From IMG/VR virus record IMGVR_UViG_3300046373_000172, positions 1 through 64,000 of that record: a stretch of DNA of 64,000 nt, one strand, 5' to 3'. The position numbers were made by a program, and so were the translations under genes. Shown one piece after another: positions 9,546 to 17,483 of this stretch. The notes under the pieces were generated by a model. It had not been told where the DNA came from. It was given only the letters and a program-made list of their open reading frames with translations, and did no database searches. The first letter of the stretch is position 1; the number at the start of each line of letters is the position of its first letter. The DNA comes from a virus.

Positions 9546-9913
9546 AACTGCGCCCACCCTTTATCATCTCCGCCCGGCTGCTGCCGGCCCTGAAGATCGG
9601 CGACGTCACGCTCAGCCTGGACGATCGCTATGCCCACGGTGACCGCGACGTCTGCACGTTCTACTTCGACGGCCCGGACTTCGCCCACACGGACGTCGGC
9701 CTGTCGGTGCTGCCGGGCACGCCGGCGCAGCGCTGCTTTGAAAGCATGCTGTCGTTCCTGGGCGCTGCGGCCGAGGCCTGGGACCGCCCTGACAGCGACA
9801 ACCGCACGCTGTTCCCTCCTGCTGTTATGCAGTGGGCGAATGAGAACAGCAGCGAGATTTACCAAGTCGAATCGGACTTGGAACACAACCCGAACCTGAT
9901 AACGGAGGCATGA
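9542..9913 (+). CDS. Hypothetical protein
   Basis: ATGA overlap. Confidence 0.7.
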   Translation: MKLRPPFIISARLLPALKIGDVTLSLDDRYAHGDRDVCTFYFDGPDFAHTDVGLSVLPGTPAQRCFESMLSFLGAAAEAWDRPDSDNRTLFPPAVMQWANENSSEIYQVESDLEHNPNLITEA

Positions 9914-10431
9914 TGAAACTCATCTACTGCGGCACCAACATCCAGGCCCAAGTGGGCGACCGCCTGGTACTGCTCGGCACAGCCACCGAAGTGACGATCG
10001 AAGCGATCGGCCCGGAAGGCGTGACCGTGCACGGCGAATACGAAGACCACGAGTGCGAGATGAAGCCGTTCACCCGGGTCGTGACGCCGGAGGCGATCAA
10101 CACCTACGTGGCGGAGATCACCGTGTTCAAGGGCGCCGCTGTCGGACCCAGCACGTACAAGCCGGCCTCTGCCGGCTGGTCGGAGGAAGTAGCCAAGCGT
10201 CTGAATGAGGAGGAGGAGGGGGTGATGAGACTCCACTTTGCACTTTCCGGACCGGAGTTCGACGCCATCCTTGCAGGCTTACGACTCCTTGGGCAAGCCG
10301 TTGTAAGAGAGCGCATGACGTCGCACCACTTCGATGTCAGCCAGGTCTGGACCAACGCCGGCAAGCATGAAGGCCTGCCGGCCAAGGCAATCGAGGCCCT
10401 GGCCACACGCCTGAACGAGGAGACGAAATGA
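9910..10431 (+). CDS. Hypothetical protein, possibly a fusion of two small genes
   Basis: Internal GAGGAGG...GTGATG near 10210-10227. Confidence 0.65.
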   Translation: MMKLIYCGTNIQAQVGDRLVLLGTATEVTIEAIGPEGVTVHGEYEDHECEMKPFTRVVTPEAINTYVAEITVFKGAAVGPSTYKPASAGWSEEVAKRLNEEEEGVMRLHFALSGPEFDAILAGLRLLGQAVVRERMTSHHFDVSQVWTNAGKHEGLPAKAIEALATRLNEETK

Positions 10432-10712
10432 AAACTTACGAAGGCTACTACCCGTACGTCATCAAGGTGCCGGACCTGTTGTTCCGGCTCGAAGCGCCCG
10501 GCACCAAGAGCTCCTACGAGATAGCCGGCGGCCGGCTGATACTCTCGGCCGGCCCGCTGGAGACGGCGATGGCCCAGCGCATCATGGTGCTGGAAGTCCA
10601 ACTCAAGGAGGCCAGCGGCTTCCTCGCCAATCAGACATTTGACCGGGATCAGCAGGAAGACATCGACGACCTGGTTACGGACATCAACGACACGCTGAAG
10701 GAGGAGTCATGA
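10428..10712 (+). CDS. Hypothetical protein
   Basis: ATGA overlap. Confidence 0.65.
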   Translation: MKTYEGYYPYVIKVPDLLFRLEAPGTKSSYEIAGGRLILSAGPLETAMAQRIMVLEVQLKEASGFLANQTFDRDQQEDIDDLVTDINDTLKEES

Positions 10713-11131
10713 ATCACCAGTGGAAAGGCCTGAAGTGCCTGCCGCTGAGTCCTTGGATGACAAGCGGCCCAGGCTTTGAGCCTGCTGTCAGAGACTGCCA
10801 GCCGTTCACACCTTTCATCGGGCGTAACGGCCGCTACGCCATGCGGGCTCCGGGCCGGTATATCGGCTGGTTCGAGGTGGACGGACGAGCCTGGGTGGAC
10901 GACATGTTCGAGTACGACTATCAACGGCTCGAACGGCAACGCCTGACGCTCGACCAGCTGGCCGCGGCCAAGCTGCTGGCGATGACGGCCGGCGGGCGCC
11001 TGAGGGACGTGGCGTTGATGGCTTGGTGGGAGGAAAAAGAATTCCGGAGCGAGCAGAGGCCCTACATGCGCCTCAAGAAGCGGCTCCGTGCCCTGAAGGC
11101 CAAGGCACAGAAATTGCGGGAGGCGAAATGA
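10709..11131 (+). CDS. Hypothetical protein
   Basis: ATGA overlap, GGAGGAG RBS. Confidence 0.65.
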   Translation: MNHQWKGLKCLPLSPWMTSGPGFEPAVRDCQPFTPFIGRNGRYAMRAPGRYIGWFEVDGRAWVDDMFEYDYQRLERQRLTLDQLAAAKLLAMTAGGRLRDVALMAWWEEKEFRSEQRPYMRLKKRLRALKAKAQKLREAK

Positions 11132-11376
11132 AGCTCTCGTTCGAAGACGCCAAGCGGCAGTACATTTACCGCTACACGATGGAGCACATTCCCGGCTGGG
11201 CGCGAAGGCCTTGCGAAGGCAACGGCAAATTCTACGCGCCGCAGTACAGCACGGATCGGGAATGGTACGACAAGACACAATTCCCGCCCGACTCCGGACA
11301 CAAGACCGACTGCTGCTCCAGCGACCAATCCTGGCCACTTGGGCAGTGGCTGGACAAGCCCTACATGAAAGCCTAA
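11128..11376 (+). CDS. Conserved phage protein (YRYTMEH...APQY motif)
   Basis: GGAGG RBS; aromatic-rich motif. Confidence 0.7.
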   Translation: MKLSFEDAKRQYIYRYTMEHIPGWARRPCEGNGKFYAPQYSTDREWYDKTQFPPDSGHKTDCCSSDQSWPLGQWLDKPYMKA

Positions 11377-11378
11377 TC

Positions 11379-11576
11379 ATGCCTTACACCGTCTACGCAT
11401 ACGACTCCCGGCGCCAGGCCGACGTCGACGCCTACACCGAGGTCTTCCGCGACCTGTCGACGAAAGAGATGCAGGCCGAAGTGACCCGCCTGCATCGCTG
11501 CCACTACTGGGTTCATGTCTATCGTGGCGGTGAATTTCAATACAAATGCTACCCAAAAGGGGAGGAACAGGAATGA
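11379..11576 (+). CDS. Hypothetical protein
   Basis: Fills gap between coupled genes. Confidence 0.6.
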   Translation: MPYTVYAYDSRRQADVDAYTEVFRDLSTKEMQAEVTRLHRCHYWVHVYRGGEFQYKCYPKGEEQE

Positions 11577-11980
11577 TCCCATTCGCATACCGCGGCGTCT
11601 ACAACATCCACCATGCTGTCGGGCCTCAAGATCACGACTTCATCGAAGAACTGCAAGGCACGACGCTGTGGGCCGACACCGGCTTCGACGGCCAGGACAT
11701 TTGCATGCAGGACGTGCTGCAGCAGGCAGTCGATGCGCCGATCGGCAAGCTGCCGGCCGGCATCCACGTCGTCTGGGCTGTCGGCTACGTCGAGTTCGGA
11801 CACAGCACCAGCTACGATGGCGACGATTACTGGGAAGAGGTGCACGTCGAAACCGAAACCTGGAAGGACGCCCAGCTGCACGACCTGCTCACCGTCATGG
11901 ACGAGGAGCCCGGCATCGACTTGAGCACCGAGGTTGCAGCGCTCAAGGCCAAGGTCACATCCGTCTCACCCTTCTCATGA
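11573..11980 (+). CDS. Acidic hypothetical protein
   Basis: ATGA overlap, GGAGG RBS. Confidence 0.7.
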   Translation: MIPFAYRGVYNIHHAVGPQDHDFIEELQGTTLWADTGFDGQDICMQDVLQQAVDAPIGKLPAGIHVVWAVGYVEFGHSTSYDGDDYWEEVHVETETWKDAQLHDLLTVMDEEPGIDLSTEVAALKAKVTSVSPFS

Positions 11981-12186
11981 AACGCTTCCTCTTCCTCGCC
12001 GCTGCCGGCTTCGTCGCCGGCGGCCTTTACATTCTTTGGAGCCACCATGCCTTTCCCCACCACCGACAATCTCGCCGACCTGGACACGCTGTACCGACGG
12101 CGCCTGGACGAGATCAACCAGAGTTTCGCCCACCACATGATCTGCGTCTTCCGCCACTCCCTGGCCAGCCACGCACCGGCAGTTGA
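11977..12186 (+). CDS. Possible small membrane-anchored peptide
   Basis: MKRFLFLAAAGFVAGGLYILW; ATGA-coupled but long overlap with next gene. Confidence 0.4.
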   Translation: MKRFLFLAAAGFVAGGLYILWSHHAFPHHRQSRRPGHAVPTAPGRDQPEFRPPHDLRLPPLPGQPRTGS

Positions 12187-12361
12187 AGTCACCATCGGCG
12201 CCTTCGGCCTGCTGGTCGACGGCGAGCACTGGCACGGCGCCACGACCGGCGCGCTGGCTGAAGCGCTGCTGACGATCGACCTTGCCATCCTCGACACACC
12301 GATCCCGAATCGGTACTTCGTCGGCGCTGTGCTGACCGAGTTGGAGGTGGCCCATGGCTAA
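12047..12361 (+). CDS. Hypothetical protein
   Basis: GGAG RBS. Confidence 0.65.
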   Translation: MPFPTTDNLADLDTLYRRRLDEINQSFAHHMICVFRHSLASHAPAVEVTIGAFGLLVDGEHWHGATTGALAEALLTIDLAILDTPIPNRYFVGAVLTELEVAHG

Positions 12362-12941
12362 GTGGAAAGCTAAGCCGAATGGCTGGCTGCAGTTGGACCT
12401 GGAAGACCGGGGCACCAGCGAGGCTTATGTAGGGCCTAATGCAACCTGGCTGGAGCTCCTGCACAACCAAGCTGTTGACGGAATGCAACAGCAGATCGAC
12501 AATCTGTCCAAACAACTGGAGGCGACCCGTGAACACCAAGCAGCTGCTGGCCAAAGCGCACCACCTTGCCCACCTGGAGGATCAGATCGCCCTGCGCCAG
12601 ATGCAGATGGCCAATCCGAACGGGTTTCTTTCGGATACGGGCCTTGCCCACCTCAAGCAGATCATCAGCCACGCCAAGAAGACCGCGCTGGTGTTGAAAC
12701 GGGAACTGGCGGCGATGCTGAGCTGATCCGCAGCACGATCGAAATCGCAACCAAGCTGGTGCTGGAAATGGCTGCGCAGGTCTGCACGCATGCCGAAAGA
12801 ACCAAAAGCGCAGAGGCACGACTTGGGTCGATTGAAAAGATGCTGGCCAGGATGGAGCAAGAGACCATCACCCGAGCCTGGGTAAGGGAGGAGCTTGAGC
12901 GCTGGGACAACGTCAGCCGGACCAAGTTCTTGGGAGACTGA
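12354..12941 (+). CDS. Hypothetical protein containing a nested +1-frame ORF
   Basis: GGAGG RBS; middle third reads like off-frame sequence. Confidence 0.55.
   Translation: MAKWKAKPNGWLQLDLEDRGTSEAYVGPNATWLELLHNQAVDGMQQQIDNLSKQLEATREHQAAAGQSAPPCPPGGSDRPAPDADGQSERVSFGYGPCPPQADHQPRQEDRAGVETGTGGDAELIRSTIEIATKLVLEMAAQVCTHAERTKSAEARLGSIEKMLARMEQETITRAWVREELERWDNVSRTKFLGD
12529..12726 (+). CDS. Nested 65-aa helical protein
   Basis: GGAGG at 12518-12522 then GTG; MNTKQLLAKAHHLAHLEDQIALRQ; GC3-rich codons. Confidence 0.55.
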   Translation: MNTKQLLAKAHHLAHLEDQIALRQMQMANPNGFLSDTGLAHLKQIISHAKKTALVLKRELAAMLS

Positions 12942-12942
12942 C

Positions 12943-13383
12943 ATGGCCGGCAATGCCAAACCCCGCAAGAAGTACGTGCCCAAGAGCGTCAAGGGCGCCC
13001 TGCCGATCAGCATTCGCCATCCGAAAGTCGAGCAGGACTACCAGAAGTACAAGTTCCACCAGGCCTTGTCCGATCTACGCTCCGGCAAGGCTACTGACAA
13101 CGACATCGGCAACATGGCGCTGCGCCTGGCGGTCTGCACCGTGCTGGCCAAGGCGCTCTATCAGGGCGAGCCGGTGGCCATCATGGAGAAGGGCATCTAC
13201 ACGCTGGAGGAGGTCAAGTGCCGCTTTCACCGGGTCGGGAAGTGGGGCGCGCTGCCGGCCGAACTCGATGCCATCGGCGCGGCGTTGTTGCTGGCCGACG
13301 AATTGCAGGACGCCACCACCCGGCGCGAGCAGAAAATGGCCGCGGAAGCCATCTACAAGAGCTTTAAGCCTGTCAAGAAGTGA
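12943..13383 (+). CDS. Conserved phage protein with basic N-terminus
   Basis: MAGNAKPRKKYVPK...GKWG...DELQ. Confidence 0.75.
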   Translation: MAGNAKPRKKYVPKSVKGALPISIRHPKVEQDYQKYKFHQALSDLRSGKATDNDIGNMALRLAVCTVLAKALYQGEPVAIMEKGIYTLEEVKCRFHRVGKWGALPAELDAIGAALLLADELQDATTRREQKMAAEAIYKSFKPVKK

Positions 13384-13405
13384 GACAGTTATGGTAAAGT
13401 TTGAT
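13384..13405 (+). promoter_or_regulatory. Recurrent motif GACA-N4-TG-N4-AGTTTGAT (copy 1)
   Basis: GACA gtta TG gtaa AGTTTGAT in a short intergenic gap. Confidence 0.5.
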
Positions 13406-13419
13406 ATTGAACGGAGGCA

Positions 13420-13656
13420 ATGATGACCCGTAAAAAGGATCAACCGGTCGAATGGGCCGGCTTCAGGCTTTGGCTGGGCGAGATCGGCTGCACCCTCTAC
13501 CCGACGAAAGGTGAGTGGGAGGTGCTGCGCTGGGAGTGGCCTACCGGCGATGGGCCGCGCATGCTTTACAAGAACAAGCTCGGCAAGATGGGCGGCTTCA
13601 GCAGCCCTGATGCCGAAGATGACTGGCTTGAGTACCTGGACGAGCAGCTGAAATGA
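13420..13656 (+). CDS. Hypothetical protein
   Basis: GGAGG RBS. Confidence 0.65.
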   Translation: MMTRKKDQPVEWAGFRLWLGEIGCTLYPTKGEWEVLRWEWPTGDGPRMLYKNKLGKMGGFSSPDAEDDWLEYLDEQLK

Positions 13657-13868
13657 AGCATCTGATCTGGCTCCGATATCGCGGCCCTGAGTGGTTTCGC
13701 CGGCTTTACTTTACCGAGCGGTCTCCGGAGGAGGTCCAGGCTATCTTGAAAGCGGTCAAGTTGCCTCCCGGCGCCGAGTTGAAGATCTACTCGGGAGAGC
13801 AGCCCAAGCCTGGCGAGCCGGCAGATCCGGGCAAGCTTTTAGCGACTTTAAGAGGACCTGAACCATGA
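13653..13868 (+). CDS. Hypothetical protein
   Basis: ATGA overlap. Confidence 0.6.
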   Translation: MKHLIWLRYRGPEWFRRLYFTERSPEEVQAILKAVKLPPGAELKIYSGEQPKPGEPADPGKLLATLRGPEP

Positions 13869-14089
13869 ATCTCAAACTGACCAAGCAGCAGACGCCCGGC
13901 TGCGGCAGCCTGGGTGACGAGTTCACGCTGGAGATCGGTGCGCCGAAAGGCCTGCCGCCCGGCGTCTACGTCGTGACCCAGTTGAACGGCCAGAGCGGCA
14001 CCTTCCGGGCCGACTGCCTGACGCACTACTTTCAGGCCCAGATCCCGGACATTTTGCAGGTCCACCCTGCCAACGGCAACATTCACTAA
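13865..14089 (+). CDS. Hypothetical protein
   Basis: ATGA overlap. Confidence 0.6.
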   Translation: MNLKLTKQQTPGCGSLGDEFTLEIGAPKGLPPGVYVVTQLNGQSGTFRADCLTHYFQAQIPDILQVHPANGNIH

Positions 14090-14097
14090 GGATTCAC

Positions 14098-14565
14098 ATG
14101 AAAACAGGCGACGTTTTAATCACCAAAGAAGTTGTGCACCGCGGCTTCGATCGCGGCTCGTCCACGCTCAAGGCGCGGCCAGACTACCGTATGGTCCTGC
14201 TGTACCTCGGCTCGGTCAACGCGGAGTCCATTAAGGACTACCGCATCGACGGCGCGCTGGCGGCGATCGGCTACCACACCGGACAGGAAATCACGGCCCT
14301 GTCCGAGGCGGCAGCCAAGTGGGCCGAACAGCTGGCGCTGGGCGACGCAGGGCTGGCGAACCAGGCCCGGGACGCGGCGCGCTGGAGGTTGATGGAGACC
14401 GTGATGTTGAACCCTCGCTGCCGCGCCGCCGTACTGATGGAAGACCTGACGGACGAGCAGCCGGCTGATCTTTCGGACGAAGAGGCGGTGGCCTGGACAC
14501 TGTCCAAGATGGACGAGGTCATCGCCAAGCTGAAGGAATCCACGGACAGGGAGCCCACGCCATGA
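14098..14565 (+). CDS. Hypothetical protein
   Basis: TAAGGA RBS; RDAARWR motif. Confidence 0.7.
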   Translation: MKTGDVLITKEVVHRGFDRGSSTLKARPDYRMVLLYLGSVNAESIKDYRIDGALAAIGYHTGQEITALSEAAAKWAEQLALGDAGLANQARDAARWRLMETVMLNPRCRAAVLMEDLTDEQPADLSDEEAVAWTLSKMDEVIAKLKESTDREPTP

Positions 14566-14870
14566 AATACTGGATGACCGCACGCTGGTCGATTCGACTC
14601 ATCGTGCTGGTGTCGTACATTGCCGCCGGCGTGTCGTTTGCCTTCGAGCACTACCTGACCGGCGCCCTGCAGCTGATTCTGGGCTGGGCCTCCTGGCGTC
14701 TGATCGTGGCGTCCGGCCTGCTGATGGACTGCGTGGCGCACATGGAAAAGCTGCGCGCCCTGCTCGCCAGCCAAGGCGAGATCATCGCCGCCCAGCAGGT
14801 GTTGCTGAACCAGTGCGGCGCCGCGATCGAAGAAACCACGACGGTGCTGGCCACCGCGAAAGGAGGCTGA
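14562..14870 (+). CDS. Membrane protein (2 TM plus coiled coil)
   Basis: Hydrophobic N-terminal half. Confidence 0.65.
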   Translation: MKYWMTARWSIRLIVLVSYIAAGVSFAFEHYLTGALQLILGWASWRLIVASGLLMDCVAHMEKLRALLASQGEIIAAQQVLLNQCGAAIEETTTVLATAKGG

Positions 14871-14871
14871 G

Positions 14872-15126
14872 ATGATTCCCCGCTATACCGTCGTCCTGCG
14901 CCGGCCGGACTACATGGGCAGCGCCTACCCGGCCTACACGATCCAGCAGGTGACGCTGCCGCTGGGCGCCGTCACGCTGCCGGACGCCAGGCGCCACACC
15001 TTGGCCACCGAGTCGGCCCAAGTCCAGGCCTTCCTGGAGGATGCCGAGGCGGTGGCGCCCAGCGACTACGCGCTGGTTGTGCTGTTTAACGAGACCGTCA
15101 ACCCGGTCGCATTTGGAGAAGACTGA
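14872..15126 (+). CDS. Hypothetical protein
   Basis: AGGAGG RBS. Confidence 0.65.
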   Translation: MIPRYTVVLRRPDYMGSAYPAYTIQQVTLPLGAVTLPDARRHTLATESAQVQAFLEDAEAVAPSDYALVVLFNETVNPVAFGED

Positions 15127-15314
15127 TGAGTGATCAAGAGGAGCGGCGCCGCGCCGACGCCGCACGCGGCCTGAAGCAGGCGCTGGATACGTTCGATCCC
15201 AGGGGTTTCACCGACCTGTGGAAGGTGCTTGCGCAGCAGCGCAAGATCCGCTACGACGAGCACCTGACGGCCGGCTTCTCGCCGGAGCAGGCGCTGTTTC
15301 TGTGCAAGGACTGA
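15126..15314 (+). CDS. Small phage protein (AGFSPEQAL motif)
   Basis: Coupled start; YDEHLTAGFSPEQALFLC. Confidence 0.65.
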   Translation: MSDQEERRRADAARGLKQALDTFDPRGFTDLWKVLAQQRKIRYDEHLTAGFSPEQALFLCKD

Positions 15315-15317
15315 GCC

Positions 15318-16295
15318 ATGGCCTTGACGATGAAAGACCCTACCAGTCCAGGGGACAGCCAGGTCTGGAAAGACCTGGTTGTGCATCCGACCAACACCAG
15401 CAGACACGAGGCTCCGGCCGACCTGAAGAAGTGGCTTGGGCAGCACCTTGAGGTGAAGACGAATAACTCTCGTATCTCGATCTCGCTGCTGGACCCAGCA
15501 GGCAATCAGCTGGGCTGGTTCGACAAGCCAGACCGGTTTGAGGAATCCCGGCCCGGCACCCATGCGGTGGTGACGCACCCTAATCGCGTGACTTTAGTCG
15601 TACCTCTGCGGCCTCCGAAGTCGGCTGAGCCCAAGTCTCAGTGGAGTGTGCCTTCGCCTCCGCCACCGCAGGTTGACAGTGTCGCGCAACAGCTCGTCCA
15701 GGCTAACCGACTGGGCGCTCACATCGTGATGGAAACCCCGGACCGCCTCCAGATGTCGGACGGCTCCTTCATCTGGAAAACGAGACCGGCGCCCAAGTTC
15801 GAGTACGTCGAGCCTGAAGACTTCCATGCCGAGCATATCAGGTACGGCAAGCAGTCTGAGTATTCCCAGCCACCCACCAAAACCCCACCACAAAAAGGAA
15901 ACACCATGACCATCTCCAACACCATCACCGCCACCATCAACGCCAACAAGGCTGCCGCCGCCACCGCCGGCTACATGGAAGCCGGCCGCATCGCCAATAG
16001 CCAGGTCATCAAACTGATCAGCCCGCACTTGCCGTTCCTGCTCAAGGCTTACGCCGACACGCCGTTCGGCAAGCTGGTCGTCGCCAACATCGCGGCGCTG
16101 GCCGCCAAGCAGCTGCGCCCGCAAGACGCTACCTTGGCCGCGCTGACCGACGCCATGACCGTCCAAGCATTTCAGGCCATCTACCAGCAGGTCGACTTCG
16201 AGGCGATGATCAACAGCCTGCTGTCGTCGCCGGAAATGAAGTCGGCGATCGACAAGCTGCCGAAGGACCCAACGCCGACTGGCCAGGCCGAGTAA
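15318..16295 (+). CDS. Hypothetical protein with a strong in-frame internal start at 15906 (129-aa helical protein)
   Basis: AAAAGGAAACACC-ATG at 15906. Confidence 0.65.
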   Translation: MALTMKDPTSPGDSQVWKDLVVHPTNTSRHEAPADLKKWLGQHLEVKTNNSRISISLLDPAGNQLGWFDKPDRFEESRPGTHAVVTHPNRVTLVVPLRPPKSAEPKSQWSVPSPPPPQVDSVAQQLVQANRLGAHIVMETPDRLQMSDGSFIWKTRPAPKFEYVEPEDFHAEHIRYGKQSEYSQPPTKTPPQKGNTMTISNTITATINANKAAAATAGYMEAGRIANSQVIKLISPHLPFLLKAYADTPFGKLVVANIAALAAKQLRPQDATLAALTDAMTVQAFQAIYQQVDFEAMINSLLSSPEMKSAIDKLPKDPTPTGQAE

Positions 16296-16421
16296 GCCAT
16301 GCCTATCCGTATCCCAGGTGGGCCTGGCCCACTTGAGCAGCTGGAAGAACTCGTAAGGGTCCACGGACCCTTCACGACGTTCGCCTGGACGCATTTTCCA
16401 CCCAACCCTGAAAGCACTCCC

Positions 16422-16763
16422 ATGACCCGCATCTACGAAGACAAAAACGGCGTGGCCGTCAACGCCATCTCCTCCCTCGCTGACGGCACCAACGTCGAAG
16501 GCCACATCTACGACGTGCTGTCCGGCACGCTGCAGCAGCGCATCAACTTTCAACTTGGGCCGGCACCGGCCAACGGCGTGAACGGCTTGACGACCGAGGC
16601 GCTGCTGGCGATCGCCATCCACCGCACGCAGTTCCTGGACGAGCAGTTCCCGAGCCAGTTCAACAAGCGCGCCATCAACGACATGCAGAACGCCCTGCAC
16701 GAGTTTGAAGAACGCACCCGGTCCCGCACCGAGCGCGGCGTCGAAGGCAAGGAGGTGATCTGA
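16422..16763 (+). CDS. tad1: Tad1-like anti-defence protein (putative sponge for immune signalling nucleotides)
   Basis: INFQLGP...NGVNGLTTEALLAIAIHR...N..AI...RT..R..RGVEG matches the Tad1 family pattern as I recall it. Confidence 0.75.
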   Translation: MTRIYEDKNGVAVNAISSLADGTNVEGHIYDVLSGTLQQRINFQLGPAPANGVNGLTTEALLAIAIHRTQFLDEQFPSQFNKRAINDMQNALHEFEERTRSRTERGVEGKEVI

Positions 16764-17233
16764 TGTGGCCCTTCGACATCCCGCGCAAGCGGCGAGAGTT
16801 GGCCCGGCGCGCGGAAGAAGCGGAGCGTCAGCGGGAGCAGGACTTGATCGACGCCCGTACCAAGGCGGCGGCCGAGCGTCAGTCGGCCCGGACTCGCCAG
16901 GCCGCGATCGAGGCGGTGCAGCGCATGGACCGGGCTTCGCCGACCATCCAAGGGCTGCCCATGTCGACCCGCTCAGGCTGGCCGCCGGATCGCCGCGCGT
17001 CGAAACGGGAAGACCGGCGCGAGGACTCAGCCAGATCCTCGTTTGACGACTCGGAGCCTTTCAGCTTCTACTCGGCGCTGGCTTCTACCCGGCGCTGGCT
17101 TCTACCTCCAGCTCGTCAGACGATTCCTACTCGTCCAGCAGTTCCAGCTGTGACTCGTCCTCGTCGAGCGATTCGTCTTCGTCTTCGTCCTCGTCCAGCG
17201 ACTCCGGCAGCTGCGGCGGCAGCGACTAATTAA
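16763..17233 (+). pseudogene. Ser-rich-tail phage protein frameshifted by a 17-nt tandem duplication
   Basis: Deleting one repeat copy gives ...ALASTSSSSDDSYSSSSSSCDSSSS...DSGSCGGSD* ending at 17229. Confidence 0.7.
17073..17106 (+). repeat. Perfect 17-nt tandem duplication CGGCGCTGGCTTCTACC x2
   Basis: 17073-17089 identical to 17090-17106. Confidence 0.95.
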
Positions 17234-17236
17234 ACC

Positions 17237-17258
17237 GGTGCCGGCCGCGGCCGGCACC
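17237..17258. repeat. Perfect 22-bp GC-rich palindrome
   Basis: GGTGCCGGCCG-CGGCCGGCACC, intergenic, no U-tract. Confidence 0.85.
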
Positions 17259-17273
17259 ACAAAGGATCCCACC

Positions 17274-17483
17274 ATGATTATCGAGACTCCGAATACCCGC
17301 GCCGCCTTCTACGAGCGCCGCTTTGGCGGCGGATACAGGACTGCCCGGACCCGCAAGACCTGCATGCAGTTCGGCTGCTTCAAGCCGATCCTGCCCGGAG
17401 AAAAATTTTTCGACACCCAGGAGCCGACCACCTTCCCGGCCACCAAGTGCATCTGCGAAGGCTGCGCGGAGACTTCGGTATGA
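17274..17483 (+). CDS. Small Cys4 zinc-binding protein
   Basis: RTARTRKTCMQFGC...CEGC. Confidence 0.65.
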   Translation: MIIETPNTRAAFYERRFGGGYRTARTRKTCMQFGCFKPILPGEKFFDTQEPTTFPATKCICEGCAETSV

